Source: Oculina patagonica
Lineage: Eukaryota
Direction of reading: 5' to 3'
DNA length: 64,000 bases
Assembly (NCBI RefSeq): GCF_052425735.1
Contig: NC_135759.1
Location: 24,428,001 to 24,492,000, forward strand
Notes under the pieces: generated by a model
Told to the model about the DNA's origin: nothing
The model's input: the letters and a program-made list of their open reading frames with translations, nothing else
The model's database searches: none
Translations under genes and position numbers: made by a program
Shown: positions 40,780-53,860 of the stretch, piece after piece
How the letters are laid out: every line of letters begins with the position of its first letter
How positions within the stretch are numbered: position 1 is the stretch's first letter

Positions 40780-41935
40780 ACAAATACTATAGTTGTGTCA
40801 AATATGTCAACTCAAAATGCGCAACAATTCCACCATAAAGGTCAAAAGGATACCATTGATCCCCATAGGCCGAAAAAATACCCCGAAAAAGCATTCTGGA
40901 TTGGCCCATAGGTATAATGATCATCTCATCTAATTCTATAATCGTGGCAAAAAAGGTGCGAACTTAAATGACCCGACAGTGTAAAAACTCAAACGGAAAC
41001 CACCACCTCCCCCTTGGTCCAAAAAGGACAACTCTGAAAGAATTCTGGATATAGGAAACTCAGAACTGAAATTGATCAACTCATCATACTGACTATAATA
41101 GTGTCATTTTTGTAACCAAAAGGGTTCAGTAATTCTACCATAAAGTGCAAATGCTACCAACTACCTCTCCCTGGGTCAAAAAGTGTCTCCCTCTGGAAAA
41201 ATGTCAAATGAGCCCTCAGCTGAAATCGATCAGCTTATCGAGTGCTATCACTGTGCGAAATTTGGTACTTCGTACTAAAAGGATGCAGTAAATTTTGCCA
41301 TAAAGCTCCAATGCTACCCCCTACCCCCTGGGTCCAAAAGGTGCCCCCCCCTGTCAGAATTCTGATTGGGACTATATCTGAAATCGATCAGCTTATCAAA
41401 TTCTATCACTGTGCAAAATTTGGTGCTTCTTACTCAAAGGATGCAATAAATTTGCCATAAAGCCCAAATGTTGCCCACCCCACCCCTGAGTCCAAAAGAT
41501 GCCCCCCTGACAGAATTGTGGATGGGCCTTTATCTGAAATTGATCAGCTCATCAAATACTATCACTGTGCCAAATTTGGTGCTTCTTACTCAAAGGATGC
41601 AGTAAATTTTGCCATTAAGCCCAAATGTCGCCCACCCCCACCCCCTGGGTCCAAAAGATGCCCCCCTGACAGAATTGCGGATGGGCCTATATCCGAAATC
41701 GATCAGCTCATCAAATACTATCACTGTGCCAAATTTGGTGCTTCTTACTCAAAGGATACAGTAGATTTTGCCATAAAGCTCAAATGCCACCCACCCCCAC
41801 CCCCTGGGTCCAAAAGATGTCCCCCCCTGACAGAATTGCGAATGGGCCTATATCTGAAATTGATCAGCTCGTCAAATACTATCACTGTGCCAAATTTGGC
41901 GCTTTTAACAAAAATCGCACAATCATTTCACCATA
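40780..41935. repeat. Tandem array of ~158-bp units (154-161 bp), 5-6 good plus ~2 degenerate; inverted copies at 38802-39130
   Basis: Anchor TGAAAT(C/T)GATCA recurs at 41067, 41221, 41379, 41535, 41694 and 41855; 38802-38900 is the reverse complement of the last unit. Confidence 0.92.
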
Positions 41936-42209
41936 TTGCCGGACTACGAGTGAGGTCAAGGCGAAGAATACTTCTTACACCGAAATCACCATGCAGACAG
42001 GCACAATATTAACAGAAGCTTCGATCGGAAGCAAATAGTATAATTTCGAAGAAAAATTCAACAAACCGTTCATTTGTAAAATTTTAGTATTTTTATGCTG
42101 TGGTTAAAATAGTTATGCAACAGATTATAGAACACCTTCAAAGAATACGAGATGTTGTGAGATCATTGCTTTCATTACGTTTATCCACAGCAGGTGTGAA
42201 GTCTTGAAG

Positions 42210-43607
42210 ATGAACCCGCTATTCAAAGCAGCGCTTCTTCGAATATTTGCTTTCCTTTCTTGGGCCTTTTTCAGCACGTGGTTGTTTGTTATGGTAGAGA
42301 ACACGGAAAAAGATCACGAAGAAGAGAAATATCATTTGTTAAGCTCCCTGTACGATTCCATGGCAATGAAGTACAACATGACTATCGAGGAGTTTAATAA
42401 CTTCTCCAGTGTTGCGTTTGAGGCCATGAGCGAACCTGAACCACGGTGGACCTTCTTTACAGCATTGGATTTCGTCTTACACGCTCTAACTACTATAGGT
42501 AAAATCAAATACGAGCTAGTGGTTAATAAAAGCGCAGAATACCTCTTTCTATTAAAAGTACATCGAAACTTCAGCCTCTAAGGCTAAGCTGGTTGGGCGA
42601 TCTGATAAAAAATTATAACTTTGATTGCCTTTCGACTAGACTGTTAGTGGCTTTGAAGAAAAGATTCAATTTTCCCTTAATTCCACATACCTCTGCCACA
42701 TGGTTGGTCTGAAAGGACTGTCTCCCCAACATATAAAAAAAAAACAGGACGCTTTTTATTACGCATATCACTTTATATTATCACTTTATATGGAATCTAT
42801 GTTCACAGTGTTTTTTTTACTTCGTGTCCCCAGTTAGTTTTAACTAATTCTTTTTCAACAATTTACACTACCGAGTTTTTGTAGACTTATCTATCTTTTG
42901 CAGGTTATGGATACATCGCTCCTCAAACACCCTCAGGCCAGATGTTGTGCATTTTCGTCTCTTTAGTTGGGATTCCCATCACATTGCTCGCGTTAAAATC
43001 CGTCGGGGAGCTTATTGCTAAATTGGTCAACGGAATTGTTATCACGTTTGAAAGGAAAATCCTTAAAAGAGCGGAACCGAAGCAAGTGGAAACTAAGAGT
43101 GCTGTGATCTTGTTTTTATTAATGGTGTTATTGATTGTCGTAAATGGCCTTTTAGCGATGGAACAGAAAGATTGGACTTTTGTCGAAGGAGTGTACTTTT
43201 GGTTTGTAACATTGAGCACAATCGGTTTTGGAGATTACGTTATAATGAAGGAACCCCAGAGGATCAAGCAATTGCAATTGTCTGTTAATAGCTCTAACAA
43301 TCTCGAAACCGACGATAAATCAGGCGTCCTAAAAGATACCGGCCCAAAATTGGTTTTCAGCATATTGTTTACGCTTTATACTGTATTAGGTTTATGCATT
43401 GTCGCAAGTGTACTAAATGCCATCATGGCGGCCATCGAGGAACAAAAATGGCGCCCACGGTGTCCTGGATGTGTTCCACGAAAAACTCAAGACCACGCGG
43501 ATACTCTAAAGCAACGTGGTGACCTTGATATGACGTCTTTAAGCACGGAAAATGTTGGATTCCGAAATGAAAACATTGAACCACTCTCATTAACTCACCT
43601 TAAGTGA
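42210..43607 (+). CDS. K2P (TASK-like) channel, copy 7; exons 42210-42498 + 42904-43607; 330 aa
   Basis: P1 ALTTIG|YGYIAP; P2 TLSTIGFGDYV; intact frame. Confidence 0.95.
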
Positions 43608-44510
43608 GAAGTGAGAGTAATGGATTAGAAATCTAATTGACGAGTAATGACACCCTTCTGAAGACCGACATAGTGAGGATTTTCTTTGTTTTGTTTTTCC
43701 CCTCCCTGGGCCTGGTAGATTCTAAAAAAAATCCGTGGCTAGGTTTATTCCTCGTTGGGTACGTACGATGAAAAACGTTAATGCTAGTTTTTTGTAAGGT
43801 TTAGGTCTTTTTTATCTCCACTTTTATTTCCAATGTCTTGCAGTGATGGGTGTTTCCCTTTGCAAGATCCCCCCTCTATAGATGTAGATGCAGTTTAAAG
43901 GACATTTGTACCATTTCAATTTGATCATTTTATCTACGAAACTTTCGTTACCCACTCTTGTGAAAACGCAGAGTGAGAATTGAACTTAAAATATATTCTT
44001 AGACCAAGGAACATAGAATCTTCCCGAAGACTCTTTTGGTATCCAGAGAGTGAAGAGTGTCACAAAAATCAAAATTGCCATTCTGGTGAAGTTTGAAATT
44101 TTGAATCTTTTTTTCTTAGTTTAGTTGATGTCTTTGCTTTCACCACTTTTGGTGTTCTCTTCTTTCTCTTGCAAGTTAATAAAACAAGTTTTTAGCAAAC
44201 TACAGGCCATATAAAAATACGATATTAAAATACGATAGGTTTGGCGGGTTTCGCAGACGATCACTCCATAATCGTTAGTGATTGCTGTTTCAACAATTCG
44301 CATCATTTTTTGTGTGAGTTCATTCATAAGAAGCCCCAAGTGGATTTGAAGCCTACATATGGGAAAGGTTAAATAAGCTAAGCCGGTAATATCGATTCAT
44401 TCTACCTTTCTACTCAAAATATTCGGAGGTTCTCAGTGAAAGATGAGTTCAAGTAATTATTAGTGGGCTCACAATTGACCTTCTCCCACTGATGATTGCG
44501 GTTTCAGAGC

Positions 44511-44931
44511 CCCGGGGGTGGGCGGGGGGGGGGGTACTCAAAAAAAATTTATACGGGGAGGCTCCGCCCCGAGTTCTAACCCCTTACCCTTTTATATACC
44601 ATTTTGACAGAAATTGTACCCCTTTCGTATACCTTTAACTGAAAAAAGGTACCCCTTTCATATACCTGAAAGACGTGGCGTGGACTTAAAACAGGACTTT
44701 TTCTTGTCATTTCCGTGTAGCGCTCAATAAAATAATAGAGGCATAAATTGCGTCTGTTCGAAATATTTTAATAAAAGGCCGTTTTAAAAACCTAAATGAC
44801 AGATTTTCACACCCTTTCATATACCTAAACTCGTGAAATCCCTACCCTTTTGTATACCTGAAGCCTGAAAAAGGTACCCTTTCGGGCGGAGCCTCCCCGT
44901 ATAGGCCATTATAGGGAGTAACCCCTCCGGG
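44511..44931. mobile_element. MITE with CCCGG-G-run termini and 8-bp TSD
   Basis: TSD TTCAGAGC (44503-44510, 44932-44939); subterminal IR ATACGGGGAGGCTCCGCCC / GGGCGGAGCCTCCCCGTAT. Confidence 0.9.
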
Positions 44932-47174
44932 TTCAGAGCACAATTGGAAAATCAGGGTACTAGTAAGAATGGTCACTGATCGTTATCTTACTAACGCATC
45001 TTATATCTTTATATTTAATTATTTTAAGGATAACATTATAGGGGTAACCTCGTTTTTTCCTTTCAATTTAGAGGTTTTTTCATGTATATGTTGTGGTCTA
45101 AATTTAATTATCTTTGGTTCAAATGTTTGTAACCAGTTTGATTATTATTTCCATTTGTTTCATATTATGATAATGAATATGAGAAAATTAAAAGTAAAAA
45201 TAAAACTGGTTTAAAAAGTTTTAAACCAAACGGGAAAATTTAAACCACAATACATCTATAATTTTTATCTATCTTGTTTTGCGGCATCTCGAACGAATAA
45301 GCGTTTGTTTTGTTTTGTTCTGTTATGTAAGGAAAGGTTAGGTTAATCTGTTAGGTAACGTTATTCAAACGCGTTGAAATCCTGAATTTTTCCCAAATTT
45401 AATCAAGTAGGCTATGATTATTTCGTCACCTTGCAAATCCGTTTTCCTTTGTATATCTTTGTATATACATTTAACTGATATTACAAAAGATATTATGAAG
45501 CAACAATATGAAAAATCAATGCATTTAGAGTGGGATAAGCAAGGAACAAGCGCGTGTTAATACCATTAATGCAAAACCAACGATTACTTTAAAACCAAAC
45601 GTTCACAGTAGTTAATTAAGAGTTACCTCAACAGAATTGAAATAATTAAAATTCATATAGCAATGCATCGATAAATAAAACGTTGTTTGTGGCTTAGAAT
45701 AAGTCTGATTTACAAACTTGTACAGCCAGAACATGTTCACGAGGGCATCATAAACGTTATTTATAAAATAGAACATAAGAGCTGCCATATTAAGACTCGT
45801 GAGAGAAAAATGTAATATTCAATCTCTCGTGCGTCAATCAGTATAGTTAGTAAGTGACACAAGTTACTCAGCTTTGTTTTCCGCTCACAGTTAATAAAGA
45901 AAACTCATAAATATGACTATGGGAAGTAACTGCGGAGATTTTAGCCTGGCTGATAACATTTTACCTACTTCTTAGTAATACTCATAGCAACTCAATCGAC
46001 AATATATGAACGCTTTTTTGGTCGTTGGATGCACTAATAAATAATATTTTCAACCATTGTTGACAATGTTTCAGAGGATGAACAATAGATTCCCTTCAAA
46101 AAAGTCAAAAAACGAAGCGACAGACTTGTTGTTTCAAAGACTATGCAAATACTGTTTGTCTAATTGAAAGGCAGCTGATTGGTTTAAAACATAAAAAAAA
46201 AAAAACGACCAGCACTTAATTTGGGAAGGACATTTTGCCACTGATGTTTTCCAAGCAATACTGACGTTATGGAAATTGGCAAAATCCATTTTAATCAGGA
46301 AAAAATAAATATTCCATTTCCTCGCAGTTAAAACCCAGACATTTGCACTCGAGGTATATAAAATAGTTATTGAACTAAGTCGGCTCGCTAGAATTAATCA
46401 CAAGTTTTCGAGTCATTGTGAATGCAGTGCGGACTTCACTGCTCTTGCCCTGCAAAGAAAGGTCGCCTAATACATTCAAAATATTATCTGCAACGCAAGC
46501 AACCGAAGGACAAGTAAGCGTGGTTCACGGCCCTCGACAGAACACTTCGGTAACACATCGAAACACAGTCAAGAAAGTAACGTAGTAAGTAAACTCATAG
46601 AAAGCGCACGTTTAAAGAATATGAACCACAAACACTGGTTTTAATATAACATAACTGGAAGATAACTGCTAATTTCGGAGGCTCAGTTGTAAAAGCAGAT
46701 TGAAGGTAAAAGAAAAACGTGAAAAGACCACCCGAGGTTAAGGACAAAAAATGGTTCCTACGCTGAAATTACCACAAAAGTAATCGCAGTGAAGTTTTCG
46801 TTGTTATTAATCACCTAAAAAAACATCCAACAGTCTGCTTCATTATAGAATTTTGTCATAATTCCCCTAGATTGACTGTAATTGTTCGATTTTGCAATCC
46901 CTATCTGAATATCCGCCCCTATTTTAGCCCCCTATTATATATCTTTGCTTTCATTACTCACACAAATTATTACAACAGCTGGAATTGGCTTTCAAATGAC
47001 ATTGATATATTGGATATATACCCTATTCGCTCTTCCATTTTAGTCTGTTTTTGATTTTTTGAAATCTCAGCAGTTTTAAAATGTTTTTGTAGAAACAATA
47101 TTATAATAGTGTGTAGTAAACAATAAAGATGGTAAATTTTAAGCTCGGTGATAAATAATGAAGGTGGATTGTTC

Positions 47175-47255
47175 AACACTGACGAACACGGGACAAAGAA
47201 AACGGGACAAAGAAAAAATCTGAGTCCCCGACGGGAATCGAACCCATGGCCTCCC
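47175..47255 (-). mobile_element. tRNA-SINE head fragment (family C)
   Basis: Minus strand GGGAGGCCATGGGTTCGATTCCCGTCGGGGACTCAG (B box). Confidence 0.6.
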
Positions 47256-47518
47256 AAAGCTTAATATTTGCCATCTTTATTTTTGTTTAACAATTCATCT
47301 TCATTAATATTATAATAAGCGCCCTGTCCCTATAGTATGTGATTTGTCTCAGCGACCTTCCTTTGCTTGAGCTCCAAAACTCAATTATCGCCCCAGGAAA
47401 TTGAAAAACTGATTTATGAAACAGACTATAGTACGACAGTTCACATTTAAAGAATGTGATATATTGTTGGATCAATTTTCTCATTGAATTTATCTGCTGC
47501 AGATTTGAAATCTTGGAG

Positions 47519-48996
47519 ATGGATCCGCTTTTCAAAACCGCTCTTCGTCGGACTTTATTCTTTCTTTTGTGGACGTTTCTCAGCGCATGGTTATTCTCTG
47601 CAGTGGAGTACACCCAAAAAGATGATAGCGAAGAAAAACACCAGTTGTTGCTCTCTTTGTACGATTCCATGGCATCAAAATATAACATGACCATTGAGGA
47701 GTTTAACAACTTTTCCAATCATGCACACCAGGCCCTGAGCGAACCTAAACCACGGTGGACTTATCCTGCTTCAGTGAATTTTGTCTTTCAAGCTTTAACT
47801 ACTATCGGTAAGAACAAACACGAAATACAGTTGAATCCCGATAACTCGAACTTTCAAGGGAAATCGAAAAAGGTTCGAGATATCGGGAGTTCGAGTTTTT
47901 GAGGGTAAAATTAGTAAGAAAAAGACCTGGAGGGGGATCGGAAAAGGTTCGAGTTACTGAGGGTCCCGGCTGAGGGTTCGAGTTATTGGGATTCAACGGT
48001 AGTCTAAATAAGCGTTGAACACGTCTTTCTGAAAAAATCGAGGATTTAACACCATCGCTTTTTGAAAGAGCAAATATAGGTTGGGCATGACACGTCCTAA
48101 TGGCTTTGCTGCATTAGAATTAAAATAAAGCTGATTTTCACACTATTATTACCGTTACACCCCCTTTGTAGCTGCGGTCAGCAGAATGCAGCACCTAGAG
48201 GAATCAGTGGTACAGAAGTTGTTTCTTTTCAATAACGATTTCTAATCTTTTCATTTATTCCACGCCAACACTGGCCAACAGGATTCAAGATTAAGACTCA
48301 AGATTAAGTTTCTGTTTTCGTCTATATTCTGCAGGCTATGGATATATCACTCCTCAGACATCCGCTGGCCAGATATTGTGCATCTTCGTCTGTTTAGTTG
48401 GGATTCCTATTACATTGCTAATGTTAAACTCCACGGGCGAACTGATTGCTCGATTGGTCAACTCAATTGCCACAAACGTTGAACAGAAATTCCTCAAGAG
48501 GGCGCAACCAAAACAAGTTAAAACCAAGAGTGCTGTGATCTTGTTTTTATTGATGGTGTTACTAATTGTGGTAAATAGCCTGTTAGTAACGCATTTTGAA
48601 GATTGGACTATCGTCGAAGGAGTGTATTTCTCGTTCGTAACATTGAGCACAATCGGTTTTGGTGACTATGTTCCAGCAAAACAGAAGCAGTCCCAAGGTA
48701 TCAAGCAGTTATTTGTTAATACCTCTAAAAATCACCGAAACGAGACCACGAGAATAAATTTACCGATTCTTTTCGGCGTAGTCACACCGCTTTACGCTGT
48801 GTTAGCCCTGTGCATTGTTTCAAGTGTACTAAATTCCATCATGGCGGCCATGGAAGAACGGAAGTGTGGTCTTCCATGTCCCGGATGTATTTCTGGAGAA
48901 GTCCGGGATCATGTGAACAATGAGCAATATACCACTAAAGAACGGCGCGAAACTAAAGTGGAAAACGAGGAACCGCTGTCAGAAATTGAACTTTAA
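47519..48996 (+). CDS. K2P (TASK-like) channel, copy 8; exons 47519-47807 + 48335-48996; 316 aa
   Basis: P1 ALTTIG|YGYITP; P2 TLSTIGFGDYVP; intact frame. Confidence 0.95.
47828..47999. mobile_element. pogo/Tigger-like MITE 20 nt inside the copy 8 intron
   Basis: TA|CAGTTGAATCCCGATAACTCGAAC ... GTTCGAGTTATTGGGATTCAACGG|TA. Confidence 0.85.
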
Positions 48997-50445
48997 GTAA
49001 AGAAAGTACTGTTTTGCTACAGCTTCTAATCACTTCAGATCCAACATGAACGTATAAAAAATTTTCGTGTTTATGTTATTTTTTCGACTAATTTGTTTGT
49101 TGAAGTAAAGTAGTAAGAGTAGTGGGATATAAGGAAGGTGTTTTTTCTTAGTTACAGAAACCAAAGCACAAAAAAAAACCCACACAGAATTATGCAAAAG
49201 ATGTTTTGTCGCCGGCGACAATATTTTTGTGACACCACTGTGAATTTTCTTGAACGCCTGTTGAGTTGTTTTGCGACATTCACAGTTGTAAGAATTTTTA
49301 GGGTAATAATTGTATGTATACATGTAAGGCGTTTCTGTATTGGTCTCCACGAAAATAGTAATAGGCAGCTATATACCGCAATAAACAGAAATTGAAAAAC
49401 TACGGGTTAACTTAGGGGCTAAGCCATTGTCATAACTAACCAATCAGAAAAGCAGAGATCATGATAGTGTTGAAAACGGTCTTTTCCTGATGTTTTCTTC
49501 CGCGAAGAATAAGAAGATCTGGGTACCACATTTCCTCAGTTGTCTGTTCAGACGATAATAAAAGGAGCATAGAATTTAAACTAGCTAACCATTGAGCACA
49601 GAAAATCAGGCGAATGATTTTCTCAGCGCCAAGCGAGAGGGAAACACCAGACAGTAACCTGCGAATATCTAATGCATACGAAAGTTAATTAACTCTACGC
49701 GTGAGGTTACTGTACTTCGTCTAGAAATTTCTCATTTGTTTCAAAAATGCATATATTTTAATTTTTTCCTTTGTCTCGACCGTTGTTGATATTCGCTGTC
49801 GAAGCAAAAAAGTAATGATATTCGTGGGGTGAGGGTGAACTTTAAGTGCTTGCAAAGTCACTTCTAACCCTTTATATGGAGCAACTCAAAAGTGGTGAGT
49901 ACACTGTACGATAAATTTAGGATTATATCTGGATAAAGAAAAAGAATGAGTCATTCATACTGATAATTTTACGAATAACTGAAATAGAAACTCAATTAAT
50001 ACTGCGCAAGGGGTAATATCTCGGGCAATTTAAATTCTTATTTGGTTAAAACTCGCAAAGTGTTGTTAGTGTGTTGATGCACCGATAGTTGTCTTCAAAG
50101 ATGTGAACTTGTGAAAAAATATGCCTCTGGCCTAAGCCTTTTTTAATATTTTTTTTGACTTTTAGTGTACACTTCAACTGATCTGTATGTATTTACATTA
50201 AATCAAAGAAGAGATGCTATACTTATAAATTATTAACAACGGTGAAAGTGTGTAATATGAAATAAACTAGAAAACGATATGAGGAGTCAATACTTTCTTT
50301 CCTCAAGATACAGAGAAAATGTTTACACAATCCAGATAAAAAATCCAATTCAAATATACGGGAGAAGTGCAACATTCAAAATAATTGTGTTTCCGTGTGA
50401 AGTATTCCATTTGTAACATGTATGAGTTTATTTGAAGACCTTTAA

Positions 50446-51373
50446 CACTTGGTAGAGTCACTTTTCGTTCCATAAACATGAAGAATTTTATCTGTCGTCA
50501 TGTTTGATTGCGCGCAGAGATAAAGGCTCGAGAAAGTCGACATTCCCACCAACATAATTTGTTTGAAAATTCTAACCCACATGAAGTCTTTCACTTGCGG
50601 GGAACTAGATTCCTTTGAAATGCAAGGTTTAATATTTAGATTTAATTAACTTAACAGTATGATAGATCAAAGGTGTATAGTCAGGAAAGGTTGCTTCTAA
50701 CTGCGGCTCCCAGACTGCAACAAGGTGAATGCCTAAATTAGAACTTTATCAAGTCTAAAAACTTGTTTTTGCAATAACCAAACAAATGGCCTAAAAAGCA
50801 AGTATCAAGTTTCGATGTCATTCTATCAGTGCTAAATTTCTAAATAAACCGCGTTTTTTTACCATTAAACTGAATTTTTGTTGCTTCGATTCCTGCTTAT
50901 AAAGCACTTTTCCACACTGCAGCAAGATTTTGATGAAGATTCAATGAAAAAGCGCGCAATAATTTACTTTGGCGCATGTGTATAAGCCATTTTTTGCGAA
51001 ACCGTTCCCATTTTTTTCTTGCTCCTTTTCCTTCCGTTTTCTCGGCTTTCTTATTCCCACTCCTTTCTACTCTTCACTTTCCTGATGTTTCGATGAAATC
51101 ATTGGTAAACCCTGAAAAGAGGACCTCGATCAATTACAGGTGTTTTGGCCCGTTTCAGTACCGATTTTGCACCAAAAACGTACGGGACTTTCTCGATTAG
51201 TTCTGTAAGGAAGCATTCAAAAAGCGAAATGAATAGTTCTGTGAAAAGGTCAATCCTAGCTCTATCAGTTGCTTATCACCAAAAACGGCTGACGTGCAAA
51301 TTGATGGTGTCACAATTGGTTCATTGGCTGCTCCTCTGAATGTCGACAAAAGTTGACTTTAGCACTAAAAGGG
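50446..51373. mobile_element. piggyBac-like non-autonomous element (decayed)
   Basis: TTAA flanks, right end ...AAAAGGG|TTAA, and a loose IR with the left end. Confidence 0.4.
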
Positions 51374-51377
51374 TTAA

Positions 51378-51567
51378 AGGAGCTATGCCAAATCTTGAAA
51401 AATCTATCATAAAGTTTTCAAGTTCCACATTTGCGGTCACTGTTGTTTCCTCTCAATTGTTACCTGTTTGGCGTTTTTCTTCCTTTGTATTATTTTGAGG
51501 TTTTCTTCAACTGAAAGGTAATTTTTGTACATTACAAAATGACTTGATCCATGGTGAAATAGGCCCT
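51378..51567. mobile_element. Kolobok-like MITE sharing a TTAA with the previous element
   Basis: TTAA|AGGAGCTAT ... ATAGGCCCT|TTAA. Confidence 0.5.
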
Positions 51568-51752
51568 TTAACTTGTAACCTTGATGTTAGGATTCTTAAC
51601 CGTCTGAATGACATTTGAATATAACGTTTTAATAAAATATTTATTTACAGCCGTATTTCCAGGATTTCATAATTTCTACTGAGCTCAAGCACGGATTTAT
51701 AAAAAGGATTTAAGATAGGGTACTTGGTGCAGGTGTAAAATCTCCCTTGAAG

Positions 51753-53291
51753 ATGGGCCCGCTTATGAAACAAGCATTCTTTCGAACTCTTGGCTTCTTA
51801 TTGGTAGCCTTGCTTACGCCTTGGTTATTTGTTCATGTGGAGCACACGGAAAAAGACGATAAAGAAGAGAAATATCATCTGCTACGCTCCCTGTACGATT
51901 CCATGGCATCTAAATATAACATGACCATCGAGGAGTTTAACAACTTTTCCAATGTTGCGTTTGAGGCTTTGAGCGTTCCTAAGCCACGGTGGACTTATTT
52001 CAATGCAGCTGATTTCGTTGTACAGGCTATAACTACTGTAGGTAAGGCAAATACAATATTTATAAATAAACTGTCAACGTTTGTCTTGGCATGGTTACCG
52101 TTATGTCACATGGTAAATGGTCTTTTGGAATCTTTCTTCTACTGTCTACTGAACCAAATCGTGCAAGTCTCTTAAATGAGAAAAATACCTTATAATCGAA
52201 TTTTGGCTTCGACCTACCCAAATACGCACAAGTCCTTTCATTCCTGCCACCATCCCCCACCTTCCTCCAGGCTTTCCATTCGCCATCTATGCAATCACGT
52301 GCATCTCTCAGTTCGTGACTTGGGCGTAGGTCGGGGTCACAAAAATTACCATTCTAGACAAGATAATAAGGAAGGTTACTTAGGTTAGTGCCGGTGAAAG
52401 CACTTCAGTTCCTAGTCAAGTTATATTGAATAGGTCCTGTAAGTATACAACATAACCTGAACTGGCGAACGTTTTATAGAGAGAGTTCTCTCTGATTATC
52501 TTTTGTTCATTTTCTCTGCAGGGTATGGATACATCACTCCTCAAACACGCTCAGGCCAAATATTGTGCATTTTAGTTTCTTTAGTTGGGATTCCCATCAC
52601 ATTGCTCGCGTTAAAATCCGTTGGTGAGCTTATTGCTAAATTGGTCAACGCAAGTGTTACGAAGTTCGAAAAGAAAATCCTTCAAAAGGCGGAACCGAAG
52701 CAAATTGAAACTAAAAGTGCTCTCATCCTGTTTTCATTCATGATTGTGTTAATGATAGCAGCTGGCCATTCAGCAAACGCGTTAATTGAAGAATGGACTT
52801 TCGTCGAAGGAGTGTACTTCTGGTTTATAACATTTTCCACAATCGGTTTTGGTGACTACGTCATTAGAGAACCCACCACAAGGATCAAGAAATTCAGTGT
52901 GAATGACTCTGTATATCAAGAAAACAGGGATGCCTCAGATGACAACGTACGTCCACAAACGACCCAAGTTATCACTCTCTGGTTGCTTAAGTTTATTTAT
53001 TTGATAAATTTATGCATTGTCTCAGGTGTATTAAACTCTATCATGCTCGCCTTGGAGAAACGCAGGTGTCACCCTCGATGTCGCGGATGTTTTTCTCATA
53101 AAACCGAAGACCATGAGAACAGTGAGCAATATAACCCTCCACAACAGAGTGAAAATGGCATATTAAACATGACACATTTAAGTACAAATAAGTTTGGATT
53201 TTGTGAAGGACGACAAGAAATTCCTCCATGTTTAAGGTCATGGGAAATAATCGCAGATCGTCCGCCGGAGGTTACCACTTGGCAGTATTAG
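51753..53291 (+). CDS. K2P (TASK-like) channel, copy 9; exons 51753-52041 + 52522-53291; 352 aa, divergent C-terminus
   Basis: P1 AITTVG|YGYITP; P2 TFSTIGFGDYV. Protein homology to paralogues ends after NKFGF (~53200). Confidence 0.92.
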
Positions 53292-53450
53292 GGGGGGGGG
53301 GGGGGTGCAAACTTCGTATTGCTATGAGTTGTGATGGCGGGGATGTTTCTGCTGATCTTACCAAGTTTCTCGACTGGCACCTATCCATCGCAACCATGTC
53401 TCTGTATATTTAAAACTCGGAAGTATAGCATGTCCACCTTTGTCAAGTTA

Positions 53451-53860
53451 CAGTCGAACCTCTTTAACCGGCCACCCTATACGAACGTTTCCGAAGGTTA
53501 ACGAAGGGGGGGTTTGCCGAAGATTTTGATTTTTCCGAAATTCTTGTCATTCTACAAGTGTTTTCCCTAAATGTTATTTAGATACTTCTGTTGTAAGTGG
53601 CCGCTTACCGGTAATGAAGGTTGGCCACTTAAAAGAGGTTCTTCAGAAATAAGCATAAGCTGTGGTAGAAACATCACTTTATTGCTAAGAAATGAAATGG
53701 TCGTCACTTAGCTTTGTCAAGACGATTATAATTAGGACTCTTATCTCTCACTTGGCATTAGGTTGTTGAAAACAATGCCAACTAACTACGTGTATTAAAT
53801 TTTTGATGGCCGCTAAATAACGTTAAAAACAATCGAATCCTCATTGGGATGGCCGCTCTC
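53451..53860. mobile_element. pogo-like MITE remnant
   Basis: TA|CAGTCGAACCTC left end and repeated TGGCCGCT motifs. Right end not found. Confidence 0.5.

Larger units (their letters stand above)
38165..41946 (-). mobile_element. Putative non-autonomous Helitron-like element carrying inverted minisatellite arrays
   Basis: Minus strand ends TAAGGT-GTCCCCCGCG-ACCTTA hairpin, 11 nt, CTAG|T (Helitron 3' signature). The other boundary is inferred from where the host repeat resumes at 41947. No TSD. Confidence 0.55.

Noticed and set aside
40780-41935. 158-bp array as a CRISPR array, or ORFs 41242-41460, 41518-42012 and 41784-42038 as repeat proteins
   Set aside because: Whole units repeat with no unique spacers and no cas genes. 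Unit lengths are not consistent multiples of 3, so the ORFs are by-products of the repeat.
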